64,000 nt of DNA from NCBI GenBank assembly GCA_963798485.1, contig CAWCTR010000014.1, forward strand, positions 288,001 through 352,000, read 5' to 3'. Shown in pieces: positions 1 to 9,714 of the stretch (positions within the stretch are counted from its first letter, which is position 1; every line of letters begins with the position of its first letter). Source of the DNA: an uncultured delta proteobacterium (GTDB lineage: Bacteria > Desulfobacterota > Desulfomonilia > UBA1062). The notes under the pieces were generated by a model that ran no database searches, was not told the DNA's origin, and saw only the letters and a list, made by a program, of their open reading frames with translations. Position numbers and translations under genes: made by a program.

Positions 1-1033
1 AGGTTGTGCAGGACCATATCTGATCCTCTGTAATGCTTCCCTCTGCCTTCGTGCCGTTGCTGCTGATGAGCGGCAACGTGGGTTTCTGGCCATCCTTCAT
101 GGACGGGCCGTTTGTCAGGAGGTTGATCTTCAGGTCATGGATCACCTGCCTCGGGTTCAGGGGTTTGCCGGTGTTTGCTGCAGGGCATGCAAGCTGGCAG
201 CGGCCGCACTCGGTGCATGCATAGGAATCAAACAGGTCTTTCCAGGTGAACTGGTCAAGCGTCTCGACACCGAACTTGTTACCTTTCACAAAGGTTTCAA
301 GAGGCAGGGTATTGGCCTTGCCGAAGCGCCTGAAATAGCAGCTCGGGATGGAGGACAGGATGTGCATGTGCTTGCTGTACGGCAGATAGTTCAGGAAGAA
401 GAGCAGCACAATGGCATGGACCCACCACCAGAAGGTGATGAGCGACTCGGCGCTTTCAGGTGTAATCCCTGAATAGAATGCCTCTGCAACAGCAGATGAG
501 ATGGGCATAAAGGAGGAAGCGGTTTCCTGGCCGATGGCTACCTCTACGCCCTTCAGGTTGAAGAACGCGATCATGAGCATGGCAATCATGGAAAGGATGA
601 TATAGGCGTCTAAGGTTATTGCTTCAGGATATGGAGGGGCAACGATGCGCCTGATACCGGCAATAATTACACAGGCCAAGGCAAAGAGCGATACCATATC
701 GAAAAGGAATACCAGCGGATTGTAGATCACGTCAGGCAATAGCCTAAAGCTGATACCAGGGACTACACCGTGAAAGAGGAACTCGGAGTTTGCCAGCAGC
801 AAGGTCATAAATGACCAGAACAGGACAAGGTGGTTGATACCGAATGGCTTCTGCAATACCCGCTTCTGGGCGAATGCATAGATAAAGGTATCTCGTAACC
901 TGGCTGCTACGTCATTGAAACGGTCTTCCGGCTTGCCGATGGTTACAAGGCTGAAGCGGCGGATACAACTCCATGTGAATATGGCGATTGCCGCTAACAA
1001 AACCGCTGCAAAGATATAAGGGTTCGGTATCAT
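1..1033 (-). CDS. Membrane-bound Fe-S oxidoreductase (FadF/HdrD-like, putative ETF:quinone oxidoreductase); partial, runs off the left edge
   Basis: Translated by hand from ATG at 1033: MIPNPYIFAAVLL..., several TM helices, NYLPYSKHMH, CTECGRCQLACPA 4Fe-4S motif, IWSCTT; directly downstream of etfBA. Confidence 0.85.
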   Translation of the reverse strand, partial: MIPNPYIFAAVLLAAIAIFTWSCIRRFSLVTIGKPEDRFNDVAARLRDTFIYAFAQKRVLQKPFGINHLVLFWSFMTLLLANSEFLFHGVVPGISFRLLPDVIYNPLVFLFDMVSLFALACVIIAGIRRIVAPPYPEAITLDAYIILSMIAMLMIAFFNLKGVEVAIGQETASSFMPISSAVAEAFYSGITPESAESLITFWWWVHAIVLLFFLNYLPYSKHMHILSSIPSCYFRRFGKANTLPLETFVKGNKFGVETLDQFTWKDLFDSYACTECGRCQLACPAANTGKPLNPRQVIHDLKINLLTNGPSMKDGQKPTLPLISSNGTKAEGSITEDQIWSCTT

Positions 1034-1061
1034 GACTATCCTTCTCTCGTATATAGGGTGT

Positions 1062-2405
1062 TTAACAAACCTTGGGTGTCCCTCTGGTTGCCTTGGCCTT
1101 CCGTATATGGTCCGTTATCGCCGGAACTATCTGGAAGAGATCGCCGACAATGCCGAATGTCGCTACTTCAAAGATCGGTGCTTCATGGTCGCGGTTAATG
1201 GCAATTACCAGATCCGAATCCTGCATGCCTACCAGGTGCTGAATGGCCCCGCTGATGCCGCATGCTATATATATCTTGGGTCTGACCGTCTTTCCGGTCT
1301 GACCTACTTGACGGGCTACCGGCATCCATCCTGCATCCACTGCGCTTCTGGAGCATGCCACAACTCCGTTGAGCTCATCCGCGAGATCCTGCAGGATCTT
1401 GAAGTTTTCCTTTGACATCATGCCTCTTCCACCAGAAACGATAAACTCGGCACCACCGATATCAACGCTGTCTAAATGGCCGGCATCGTCTATGATCTCG
1501 AGCACCTTGGTAAGGACGTCCTCTTCCTTCATGGAGATCTTTTCTCTGATGATTTCGCCTGTGGCGGCCTCGTTTTTGGCCGGCATGGGCATCACATGAG
1601 GGCGTACCGAAGACATCTGCGGTCGTCTCTGCTCGCAGAAAATGGTTGCCATGATGTTCCCGCCAAAGGCCGGACGTGTCTGCAGCAACTGCCTTTTATC
1701 ATCGACGCCGAGGCCTGTGCAGTCTGCTGTCAGACCGGTTCTCAGCCTTGTAGCCACAGCGCCGGCCAGGTCCCTGCCAAGACCGGTAGCGCCCATAAGC
1801 ACGATCTCGGGCTTGTACTTCTCAACCAGCGAGCAGAACGCCTCAAGGTATGTGGCTGTTCGATAATTGTGCAGAATAGCGTCATCAATGAGATATGCCT
1901 TGTTGGCACCATAAGAAAATGCTTCCTGGCAGAGCTTTTCCACATTATGCCCGAGGACAACGGCGCAAAGCTCAACCTTAAGTGCGGCAGCAAGTTGTGC
2001 GCCTACCCCCAGAAGCTCCCAGGAAACCTTGGCGGGTGTACAGTCCGTCTGCTCGATAAAAACCCATACATTGTGATACTGCGCCAAAAATTTCTTGAGC
2101 TTGGCCTCTTCGGAGTCTTCTTCCTCCTCTGCCGGTGCCCCTGTAGCCTTTTCAGCAGCAAGATGTTTAAGGATCTCAAGCTCCTCTGGTGTAAAGAACA
2201 TTTCTAATGCTTCTGCAGGGCATATCTTAATGCATTTCTGGCAGCCGATACATTTGTCTGCAAGGATGAGGGGCTCACCCTTTTCGTTCATCTCGATCGC
2301 TTCTGCAGGGCAGGAGCTCTGACAGCGCGCCCCGCATGCAATACACTTGTTGGGGATGAGAGATGCTTTTCCTCGCGGCTTTTTAACTTTCTTTGGTTTT
2401 TCCAT
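1062..2405 (-). CDS. etfA: Electron transfer flavoprotein alpha subunit with N-terminal 2x[4Fe-4S] ferredoxin domain
   Basis: CIACGARCQSSCP and CIGCQKCIKICP, then GLTADCT, RPAFGGN, QVGQTGKTVRP, GISGAIQHLVGM. Confidence 0.93.
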   Translation of the reverse strand: MEKPKKVKKPRGKASLIPNKCIACGARCQSSCPAEAIEMNEKGEPLILADKCIGCQKCIKICPAEALEMFFTPEELEILKHLAAEKATGAPAEEEEDSEEAKLKKFLAQYHNVWVFIEQTDCTPAKVSWELLGVGAQLAAALKVELCAVVLGHNVEKLCQEAFSYGANKAYLIDDAILHNYRTATYLEAFCSLVEKYKPEIVLMGATGLGRDLAGAVATRLRTGLTADCTGLGVDDKRQLLQTRPAFGGNIMATIFCEQRRPQMSSVRPHVMPMPAKNEAATGEIIREKISMKEEDVLTKVLEIIDDAGHLDSVDIGGAEFIVSGGRGMMSKENFKILQDLADELNGVVACSRSAVDAGWMPVARQVGQTGKTVRPKIYIACGISGAIQHLVGMQDSDLVIAINRDHEAPIFEVATFGIVGDLFQIVPAITDHIRKAKATRGTPKVC

Positions 2406-2446
2406 CAGCTTAGGTCTCTCTTCTTTTATAAAGTAAGGGTACTTTC

Positions 2447-3268
2447 TTACAGGGCAAGCAATTCCCTCTGGACCAGTTTTTCCACCAGGATCTTCGCTGT
2501 TCCGGTCGGGTCATTTGCACCATCGCCGACTATCTCGCCTTTATCACGTTCGGGGGAGAAGATCTTTCTCACCGCGGTGGGTGAACCCTTGAGTCCGATC
2601 TGATTGACGTCAAGGTTCATGACCTTATTGTCCCACAGGGCCACACTCATGTCCTGTGCCTCAAGACGCATGGGCACCGAGGGATAGCGTGGCTTGTTGA
2701 TCTCTCTGACAACAGTCAGCAGTGCGGGCAATTTGGCCTCGACTATTTCATGGCGGCCTTCGAGCTTCCTGCTTACCCTGATCTTCTTGTTCCTGAGGTC
2801 GAGATCGTCTATGCGGTCGACAAGGGTCAGGGGGACATATCCATTGCGGATGGCAATGCCCGGGCCCACCTGGGCCGTATCGCCGTCGATGGTTTGCTTG
2901 CCGCAGATAACCAGGGCCAGTCCATCCTTGTCCTTTTCAGCAAGCTTCTTGACTGCCTCGGCAAGGACCATACTTGTGGCCAGGGTGTCGGCGCCGCCAA
3001 ATGCGCGGTCTGAGAGGAGGACTACCTCGTCTACCCCCAGTGCAAGGGCCTTGCGAAGAGTCATCTCGGCATTGGGCGGCCCCATGGAGATGGCAGCGAC
3101 CCGCACGCCTGGATATTTATCTTTCAGGCGGAGAGACTCCTCCAAGGCATGCGTGTCAAAGGGGTTCATGATGAATGGAATCCCCTCACGAACCAGGGTG
3201 TTGGTCACCGGATCGATCTTTACCTGTGTTGTGTCAGGCACCTGTTTGATACATGCGATAACGAGCAT
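2447..3268 (-). CDS. etfB: Electron transfer flavoprotein beta subunit
   Basis: CIKQVPDT, NPFD, GADTLAT, GKQTIDGDTAQVGP. Confidence 0.95.
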   Translation of the reverse strand: MLVIACIKQVPDTTQVKIDPVTNTLVREGIPFIMNPFDTHALEESLRLKDKYPGVRVAAISMGPPNAEMTLRKALALGVDEVVLLSDRAFGGADTLATSMVLAEAVKKLAEKDKDGLALVICGKQTIDGDTAQVGPGIAIRNGYVPLTLVDRIDDLDLRNKKIRVSRKLEGRHEIVEAKLPALLTVVREINKPRYPSVPMRLEAQDMSVALWDNKVMNLDVNQIGLKGSPTAVRKIFSPERDKGEIVGDGANDPTGTAKILVEKLVQRELLAL

Positions 3269-3414
3269 TGGCTACCCTTCCTTAATTGTTTCTCCCCGGT
3301 ACGGGTTTGCATTAAAATATTTTGCCTCAATGAGCGTATCAACCCTTAACAAAAGCCTAATAACCATCGCCTTCATGGAGGACCTTTCGACTCGATATTC
3401 TCGTTTGCCCGAAC

Positions 3415-3434
3415 ATGAGTGAATCATCATTCAT
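3415..3434. promoter_or_regulatory. Palindromic operator upstream of etfB (TetR/FadR-box-like)
   Basis: ATGAGTGA-ATCA-TCATTCAT, just downstream of a candidate minus-strand promoter. Confidence 0.55.
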
Positions 3435-3443
3435 CACCGTGGA

Positions 3444-3473
3444 AACATACAATAGCCATTTGTTTACTGTCAA
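3444..3473 (-). promoter_or_regulatory. Candidate sigma70 promoter for etfBA operon
   Basis: TTGACA-18 bp-TATGTT on the minus strand. Confidence 0.45.
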
Positions 3474-3835
3474 GATTATTTTTCTATAACAGCTGCATTT
3501 AATCAAGCGTTAAGGCCTATATATCGGCAGGTCATTTCTTATTTTACCTATGGCAAGGAATTAGTCTAAATCGGACCAAATTAAATTTTACTGTCTATTA
3601 TTCAAACTTGGCAAGGTGGGAGTAATCTAATTCGTGATCTTGAATATGTATATCTAAAGGCAATTAACAGAACACCTGCCATCATGGTTTTCAAACCATG
3701 CAAAGCCAATTTATGGGAGAATGATACAGTGAATTACATCTCCCCTGAATTATCTATACAATATTCTCACAAATATCTGCTATAAGTTGAATCAACTTCT
3801 TCGCGGTTTGTATTTGGAATTATGCTTCTGTAAGG

Positions 3836-4489
3836 ATGCATATGACGAGGAAAACAACACAACACATATCAGATCGATTTACAAAGAACAGAACAACCTC
3901 GACAAGTTCACCAATACCCCCTGATAATGCCGGGTTTACTGCAAGCGATCTTCCCGAGTTGGACAAGGAATGGGTTCAACTTGCAGAAGAGCTTTCACTG
4001 ACCAATGTCGCTACAGGCATGGTTAGAAGGCATAAAATGCTTATGAGATTGTATTGCGGTCAGGGAAATAATATACCGGCATCGCGAAAGCGACCTCAAA
4101 ATATAAAAAGAAAACCCACAATACCATCTATTATCAATACGAATGATCTTGAGGGGCAACTTAAACATCTTTTTGAAGAGGAGCAGATTTTCTTAAGGGA
4201 TGAATTGACGCTGTCCTTCCTGGCCCACGAAATCGGGATTGAACCTCACCACCTTTCCAGATTCCTGAACATCCACCTTCATACTACGTTCCATAACCTT
4301 GTAAACTCCTACCGTGTCAACAATGCCGCAACCATGCTCATCAGCTATCCCGAAAGCTCTATCCTCGATATCGCCTTTGCTTCCGGTTTCAATTCAAAGG
4401 CAAGTTTCAACAGGATCTTCAAGAAGACAACCGGTTCAATACCAAAACAATACCGACATACAAAGGACAGCCCTCATTCTAAAGATTAG
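3836..4489 (+). CDS. AraC-family transcriptional regulator
   Basis: C-terminal double HTH: LTLSFLAHEIG...ILDIAFASGFNSKASFNRIFKK. Confidence 0.85.
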   Translation: MHMTRKTTQHISDRFTKNRTTSTSSPIPPDNAGFTASDLPELDKEWVQLAEELSLTNVATGMVRRHKMLMRLYCGQGNNIPASRKRPQNIKRKPTIPSIINTNDLEGQLKHLFEEEQIFLRDELTLSFLAHEIGIEPHHLSRFLNIHLHTTFHNLVNSYRVNNAATMLISYPESSILDIAFASGFNSKASFNRIFKKTTGSIPKQYRHTKDSPHSKD

Positions 4490-4553
4490 ATTGATTCATG
4501 CCTCTGATTGCTTTAGCCTTATAAGCTACCTGAATAAGGAAGAGGAGGTGCCC

Positions 4554-5423
4554 ATGGTCACTGGTGAACCTATAGATCTTTCCCAACAGATACCATCCTT
4601 GATCAGAACGTTTCTCGATGACCCTAACGAGAATACCCTCTGGCAGAACTCAGGGGAGCGGGCATGGGCAGACCCTCTTGTAGGCTTCTCCAGGGGTGGT
4701 GATCCGTTGTGGTTATCCCTTAAGGATGTTATCGGCCCGTTCCACTGGACCCCTGCAGAAATATTCTCACAGGCATTTCCTGCCATGAATGTCACTGCGG
4801 GAGAGCTCACCATAATCAGCTGGGTCCTCCCCCAAACAGAGGCAACAAAGGCTGACAACCGTCAGGAGACTTCCTTCCCCTCGCACCGCTGGGCACGCAC
4901 ACGCACCTTCGGCGAAGAGATCAATAATAGTCTTAAAAAACATGTGGTCTCATCCCTCCAGGAATCAGGCTATGAAGCAATAGCCCCTACGCTCCATGAC
5001 GGTTTTTCATGGCAGAACTCGGATATCTATGGGCTTGCATCCAACTGGTCGGAACGCCATGTTGCCTATGTATCCGGTCTGGGGACCTTCGGCCTGTGTG
5101 ACGGGCTCATCACCCCTGCCGGAAAGGCCATGCGCTTAGGCTCTGTGGTGGCCCATTTGCAGATCCCTCCTACACCCAGGCCATATACGTCCCATACGGA
5201 TTACTGCCTCTTCTATTCAAAAGATGCCTGCGGGAAATGCATATCCCGATGCCCGGCAGGTGCCATCAGCAATGCCGGCCACGACAAAAATAAATGCCTG
5301 GAGTATGTTTTTGGCAAAGCAATACCGTATATCAAGACAACCTATGGTTTTGACGGTTACAGTTGCGGGCTGTGCCAGACAGGTGTGCCCTGCGAGTCAG
5401 GAATTCCACACATTCTTAAATAA
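4554..5423 (+). CDS. Epoxyqueuosine reductase (QueG)-like 4Fe-4S protein
   Basis: SERHVAYVSGLGTFG, CGKCISRCPAGAI, CGLCQTGVPC; GAGGAGG RBS before ATG 4554. Confidence 0.75.
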   Translation: MVTGEPIDLSQQIPSLIRTFLDDPNENTLWQNSGERAWADPLVGFSRGGDPLWLSLKDVIGPFHWTPAEIFSQAFPAMNVTAGELTIISWVLPQTEATKADNRQETSFPSHRWARTRTFGEEINNSLKKHVVSSLQESGYEAIAPTLHDGFSWQNSDIYGLASNWSERHVAYVSGLGTFGLCDGLITPAGKAMRLGSVVAHLQIPPTPRPYTSHTDYCLFYSKDACGKCISRCPAGAISNAGHDKNKCLEYVFGKAIPYIKTTYGFDGYSCGLCQTGVPCESGIPHILK

Positions 5424-5468
5424 TGATGATATGAGTTATGCGATTATTCGACTGAAAGGGGATTTTGT

Positions 5469-6344
5469 ATGAAAGGAATAATTCTCGCAGGGGGATCAGG
5501 GACAAGACTTTATCCCATAACTCAGGTTGTAAGCAAGCAACTCTTGCCGGTCTATGATAAACCGATGATTTATTATCCCTTATCTGTCTTAATGTTGGCT
5601 GGAATACAAGATATCCTGATAATCTCTACCCCCTCAGATCTTCCACGATTCGCCGAACTGCTTGGTGATGGTTCTCAGTGGGGGGTGTCATTTACCTTTG
5701 CAGAACAACCAAAACCGGAAGGGATAGCGCAGGCATTTATTCTAGGCCGTGATTTTGTAGGAAAGGAAAATGTCTGCCTGATACTTGGTGACAATATATT
5801 CTATGGTTCGGGTTTATACGACCGATTAAAAAGCGCAGGCTCGCTTCTTAAAGGCAGCGTTGTTTTCGGGTACTGGGTGAATGATCCCCAGCGTTATGGG
5901 GTTGTCAGCTTTGACTCGTCCGGAAAGCCTGTGGATCTAGACGAGAAGCCTTCTCATCCAAAATCAAACTGGGCTGTGACCGGTCTCTATTTCTATGATA
6001 ACAGCGTCCTCGACGTCGCACAAAACCTCATCAAACCATCCGGCAGAGGTGAACTCGAAATAACTGATGTCAACAAATATTATCTCCGGATGGAGACCTT
6101 ACGCGTCGAACGGTTGGGAAGAGGGTTTGCCTGGCTGGACACAGGAACCCATGAAACCCTTCTCGCTGCAAGCGCATTCATTGAGACCATTGAAAAGCGC
6201 CAGGGGTTGAAAATCGCCTGCGTTGAGGAGATCGCATACCGCATGGGTTACATTAATGCTGAACAGGTTCTCAGAATTGCCCAACCCTTGAAGAACAGCG
6301 GATATGGGGAATACCTTATAAACATGATCCATCAGGAAGAATGA
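5469..6344 (+). CDS. rfbA: Glucose-1-phosphate thymidylyltransferase
   Basis: [45 protein letters not shown]. Confidence 0.96.
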   Translation: MKGIILAGGSGTRLYPITQVVSKQLLPVYDKPMIYYPLSVLMLAGIQDILIISTPSDLPRFAELLGDGSQWGVSFTFAEQPKPEGIAQAFILGRDFVGKENVCLILGDNIFYGSGLYDRLKSAGSLLKGSVVFGYWVNDPQRYGVVSFDSSGKPVDLDEKPSHPKSNWAVTGLYFYDNSVLDVAQNLIKPSGRGELEITDVNKYYLRMETLRVERLGRGFAWLDTGTHETLLAASAFIETIEKRQGLKIACVEEIAYRMGYINAEQVLRIAQPLKNSGYGEYLINMIHQEE

Positions 6345-6943
6345 ACAATAATTCTCAACCCTTAAAATTGATCGTACGGGGGGGCAGCATCCCTGCAGGT
6401 GTCGGAGTAACAAGGGGATATGTCGACATACTGGAAGACTTCTTGATAGATCGAGGAGTTAAGGTCATCAACCGATCCGTACCCGGCGACAATACCTTTG
6501 ACGGGATATGGACCTTTCAGAAGGATCTTGCCCCTTTCTCTCCTGGAATCCTTATACTCCATTTCGGGGTAGACGATGCGTTCTACCCGGTTTACCGATC
6601 CGAGTTCAAGGAAAACCTGGTGAGGATGGTGCGCTCATCAAGAGAGCTCTTCAATCCCGTCATTCTCATTCCGACTTCACACACCTTTGATGATCCTTAT
6701 GAGATGGATGCCGTTAACATATACTACCGCACCATCAGAGAAGTCTGCATTGATCTGGACTGCGAAATGGTCCCCGTACATACCTGCTGGGCGGGTTATC
6801 TCCAGGATTACGGCCTGTCAAACACCGAACTGGTGCAGAAAGATTGCCGCCTCCCCAATGAGCGCGGGCACGAGGTCTTTGCAGAGGTGATCATCCAAAG
6901 GCTCAAAAGGATCATTAGTGAAGTCACTGCCTTAACCCGCTGA
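6341..6943 (+). CDS. SGNH/GDSL hydrolase-like protein
   Basis: Degenerate blocks GGSIP, FGVDD and [10 protein letters not shown]; ATGA overlap with rfbA. Confidence 0.65.
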   Translation: MNNNSQPLKLIVRGGSIPAGVGVTRGYVDILEDFLIDRGVKVINRSVPGDNTFDGIWTFQKDLAPFSPGILILHFGVDDAFYPVYRSEFKENLVRMVRSSRELFNPVILIPTSHTFDDPYEMDAVNIYYRTIREVCIDLDCEMVPVHTCWAGYLQDYGLSNTELVQKDCRLPNERGHEVFAEVIIQRLKRIISEVTALTR

Positions 6944-8402
6944 GGAACATGCCGTAATGGGCCATATGGGCAATAATGGTCACTGCATCTTCAGGGGTTG
7001 ACAGGGTAACCACGGTTCCAAAGCTTGTCTGTTTCAATGCAAGGCCTTCCTCCGTGAGGGCCACTACGAGGATGGGCTTGCCCGTCTCCTTCTGTATACT
7101 GCCTATCCCTGATATGACACGGTCTTCGGCCTGGATCTGTGCCTTGAGAATGGAAAGCTTGAGCTCCTTTGTGTAAAGCTTGCCGTCAAAACGTTCCTGG
7201 CAGGCAATAAAGTCTTCCACGTAATGCGACCTTCCCACGATGCCCAGGGCTATTACCGCATCCACCTCATCCCACCCGGCAAGTGTCCGGATCACATGGA
7301 GATACAGTCCCGGATCCCCCTCACCCACCACGTCTACCGGGTTCTTCCTGTTCCAGTATTGCGGGAGGTGTGCATCAAGATCTTTGATGATGGCAGGGGT
7401 GAGCTGCGGCAGGACAAGACCCTTGTCTTCACATTGGTCTGCGGCGATAATACCCCACCCACCACCCATGGTCATAATGGCGGCCCGGTTGGACCGCGGT
7501 GTGGGTAAAACGGTCATGGCTGCAGAGACATTCAACAACTCCGTGGGTGTGTCCACCTGGATGATTCCTGCCTGGGTGAACATGGCCTTATAGGTGGCAT
7601 ATGATCCTGCCATGGAGCCGGTGTGAGACTGGGCGGCCATTGATCCTGCCTGCGAACGGCCGGACTTGAGGGCAATCACCGGCTTCTTTTTCGATACCTC
7701 ACTTGCAATCTCCAGGAACTCCCTGCCGTTTGTAATACCTTCGATGTACATGGCAATGGCCTTAACCTCGTCGCGTTGTCCCATATACACAAGTAAATCG
7801 CTTGCATGCAGCATGGCCTCGTTGCCGGTTCCGGCATATAGGGAAAGACCTATGCCCTTCTGGGCGATCCATTTCATGATTTGAAGGCCCAGGTTACCGC
7901 TCTGTGAGATAACTGCAAGACCGCCCGGTTTCGCCGCTGTTGAGGTCGGCAAGGCCTCAAAAAATTGATGGGCCGATGCAATGCCCATGGTGTTCGGGCC
8001 GATGAATACAATGCCGCCTTGCCTGGCGATATCCACGATCTCTTTTTCGATCCGTGCGCCCTCCTCACCCATCTCCCTGAATCCTGAAGAGATGATGACT
8101 GCAGCAGGGATACCCTTGGCAGCGCACTCTTTCATGGCAGCGGGTATGTATGGAGCAGGTATGACAAGAACGGCAAGGTCGACACCTTCAGGGATAGCTG
8201 TCAGGTTCGGGTAGCACTTAATGCCCAGGATCTGCTCCTTCTTGGGATTCACCGGAAAAACCTTTCCTTTATACTCCCAACCCAGGATTGATGTAAGAAT
8301 GAGGTTACCCCACTTCACCGGCACTTCGGAGGCACCCACTACGGCAACAGATGAGGGGTAGAACATCTTGGTGAGTTTATTGTTCAGCTCGGTCTTATCC
8401 AT
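6924..8402 (-). CDS. ADP-forming acetate/acyl-CoA ligase alpha subunit (CoA-binding)
   Basis: SVAVVGAS, GPNTMG, SQSG, AAQSHTGSMAG phospho-His motif, NPVD. Confidence 0.88.
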   Translation of the reverse strand: MDKTELNNKLTKMFYPSSVAVVGASEVPVKWGNLILTSILGWEYKGKVFPVNPKKEQILGIKCYPNLTAIPEGVDLAVLVIPAPYIPAAMKECAAKGIPAAVIISSGFREMGEEGARIEKEIVDIARQGGIVFIGPNTMGIASAHQFFEALPTSTAAKPGGLAVISQSGNLGLQIMKWIAQKGIGLSLYAGTGNEAMLHASDLLVYMGQRDEVKAIAMYIEGITNGREFLEIASEVSKKKPVIALKSGRSQAGSMAAQSHTGSMAGSYATYKAMFTQAGIIQVDTPTELLNVSAAMTVLPTPRSNRAAIMTMGGGWGIIAADQCEDKGLVLPQLTPAIIKDLDAHLPQYWNRKNPVDVVGEGDPGLYLHVIRTLAGWDEVDAVIALGIVGRSHYVEDFIACQERFDGKLYTKELKLSILKAQIQAEDRVISGIGSIQKETGKPILVVALTEEGLALKQTSFGTVVTLSTPEDAVTIIAHMAHYGMFLSGLRQ

Positions 8403-8423
8403 TCGAGTCTTTCCTTTCTTGTA

Positions 8424-9416
8424 TCAGGCATATCCGTTTTTTCTGAACCAATTGATGGAATCCTGTAACGAATTCTCTACAGGTTTGAAGGTCAGGCCAA
8501 GTTCGGAAACCGCTTTTGTGTTGTCGAAATAGAGGTACTGCGAGGCGTAGGCGATCTCTGCAGGAGTTGACATGGGAGGCTTGTGGCTCACATAGTCGGA
8601 CCACATCTTGAGAACAGCAGTACCTGCCTTCATCGCCGGTATGGGCAACTTGAGAAGCATGCAACCATCAAAACCGGCCTCACGGCAGGCCAGCCTCATG
8701 AAATCCTCCATAGGGATATTCCTGTTACCCAGAATATACAGGTTACCTGCCCTGCCCTTCTTGGCAGCAAGTACATGCCCCTTTGCCACATCACGGACAT
8801 CAACGATATTAATCCCACCGTTGAAGGAGAATCGGTTTATGCCTTTGAGCACATCTACGATGATCTGCCCTGTGGGTGTAGGGGCAAGATCCATGGGCCC
8901 GAAGGGGAAGCAGGGATTTACGACCACAAGGTCGAGCCCGTTGCGTGCAAACCCCAGGGCCTCCTGCTGTGACAGATACTTGGTGAGCACATAGTGATTG
9001 CCCAGTGTGTACTGGTTGAAGGGGGTGTCTTCGGTACTCAATGCCTTTCCGGGTGCTATACCGATGGCGGCTATGGAGCTTGTGAAAACCACCCTCTCGA
9101 TTTCCTCTTTCAGGCAGGCCCACAAGACGTTGCGGGAGCCATGGATGTTCACCTCGTAGATCCTGCTCCAGTCTTTCATCCATATGGAGTATATGGCAGC
9201 GAGGTGAAATACAGTATCTACACCAGACAGGGCCTTCTCAACCGCAGCGCTATCAAGGATGTCCCCGGTGAGCATCTCGACATCAAGCCCGTCCAGGTTC
9301 CCCGTGGGCTCTCCAGGCTTTATCAAACACCTCACCTCGACATTTTCCTCCAGGAGTTCCCCGACGACATGTGAACCTATAAACCCTGCCGCGCCGGTCA
9401 CCAAGGCCTTATTCAT
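8424..9416 (-). CDS. NAD-dependent epimerase/dehydratase (HpnA/dihydroflavonol reductase-like SDR)
   Basis: LVTGAAGFIGSH, FHLAA, YVLTK (YxxxK), VDVRDVAKGH. Confidence 0.88.
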   Translation of the reverse strand: MNKALVTGAAGFIGSHVVGELLEENVEVRCLIKPGEPTGNLDGLDVEMLTGDILDSAAVEKALSGVDTVFHLAAIYSIWMKDWSRIYEVNIHGSRNVLWACLKEEIERVVFTSSIAAIGIAPGKALSTEDTPFNQYTLGNHYVLTKYLSQQEALGFARNGLDLVVVNPCFPFGPMDLAPTPTGQIIVDVLKGINRFSFNGGINIVDVRDVAKGHVLAAKKGRAGNLYILGNRNIPMEDFMRLACREAGFDGCMLLKLPIPAMKAGTAVLKMWSDYVSHKPPMSTPAEIAYASQYLYFDNTKAVSELGLTFKPVENSLQDSINWFRKNGYA

Positions 9417-9714
9417 CACAGCAACTCCTTCTTGTACAAGATGTAAAAATCGAATAGAATTGCTCAAGATATTTTATGTATATAATGTATATAATGGATA
9501 AGTGGAAGCACGGTGTCAATGGCAGGAAAACAAAAAGCTGTTAGGTTTTGGATTAATGCGCCCAGATGTCTACCCAGCTATTCTGCTTGACGGTAAATTA
9601 TATATGCGTAATATTTGATGGTCTTGTTGTCTTTTCTTTTTATCTCCAAAACATTTGCTATCGCCTGCTTCTCTATACTAAGAATGTTTCAAACAACAAT
9701 ATGGGGAATGGAAA

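Noticed and set aside
33-9501. Many long antisense or alternate-frame ORFs (e.g. 1476-2207, 2694-3422, 8583-8994)
   Set aside because: Shadows of well-supported genes on the other strand, with no recognisable motifs
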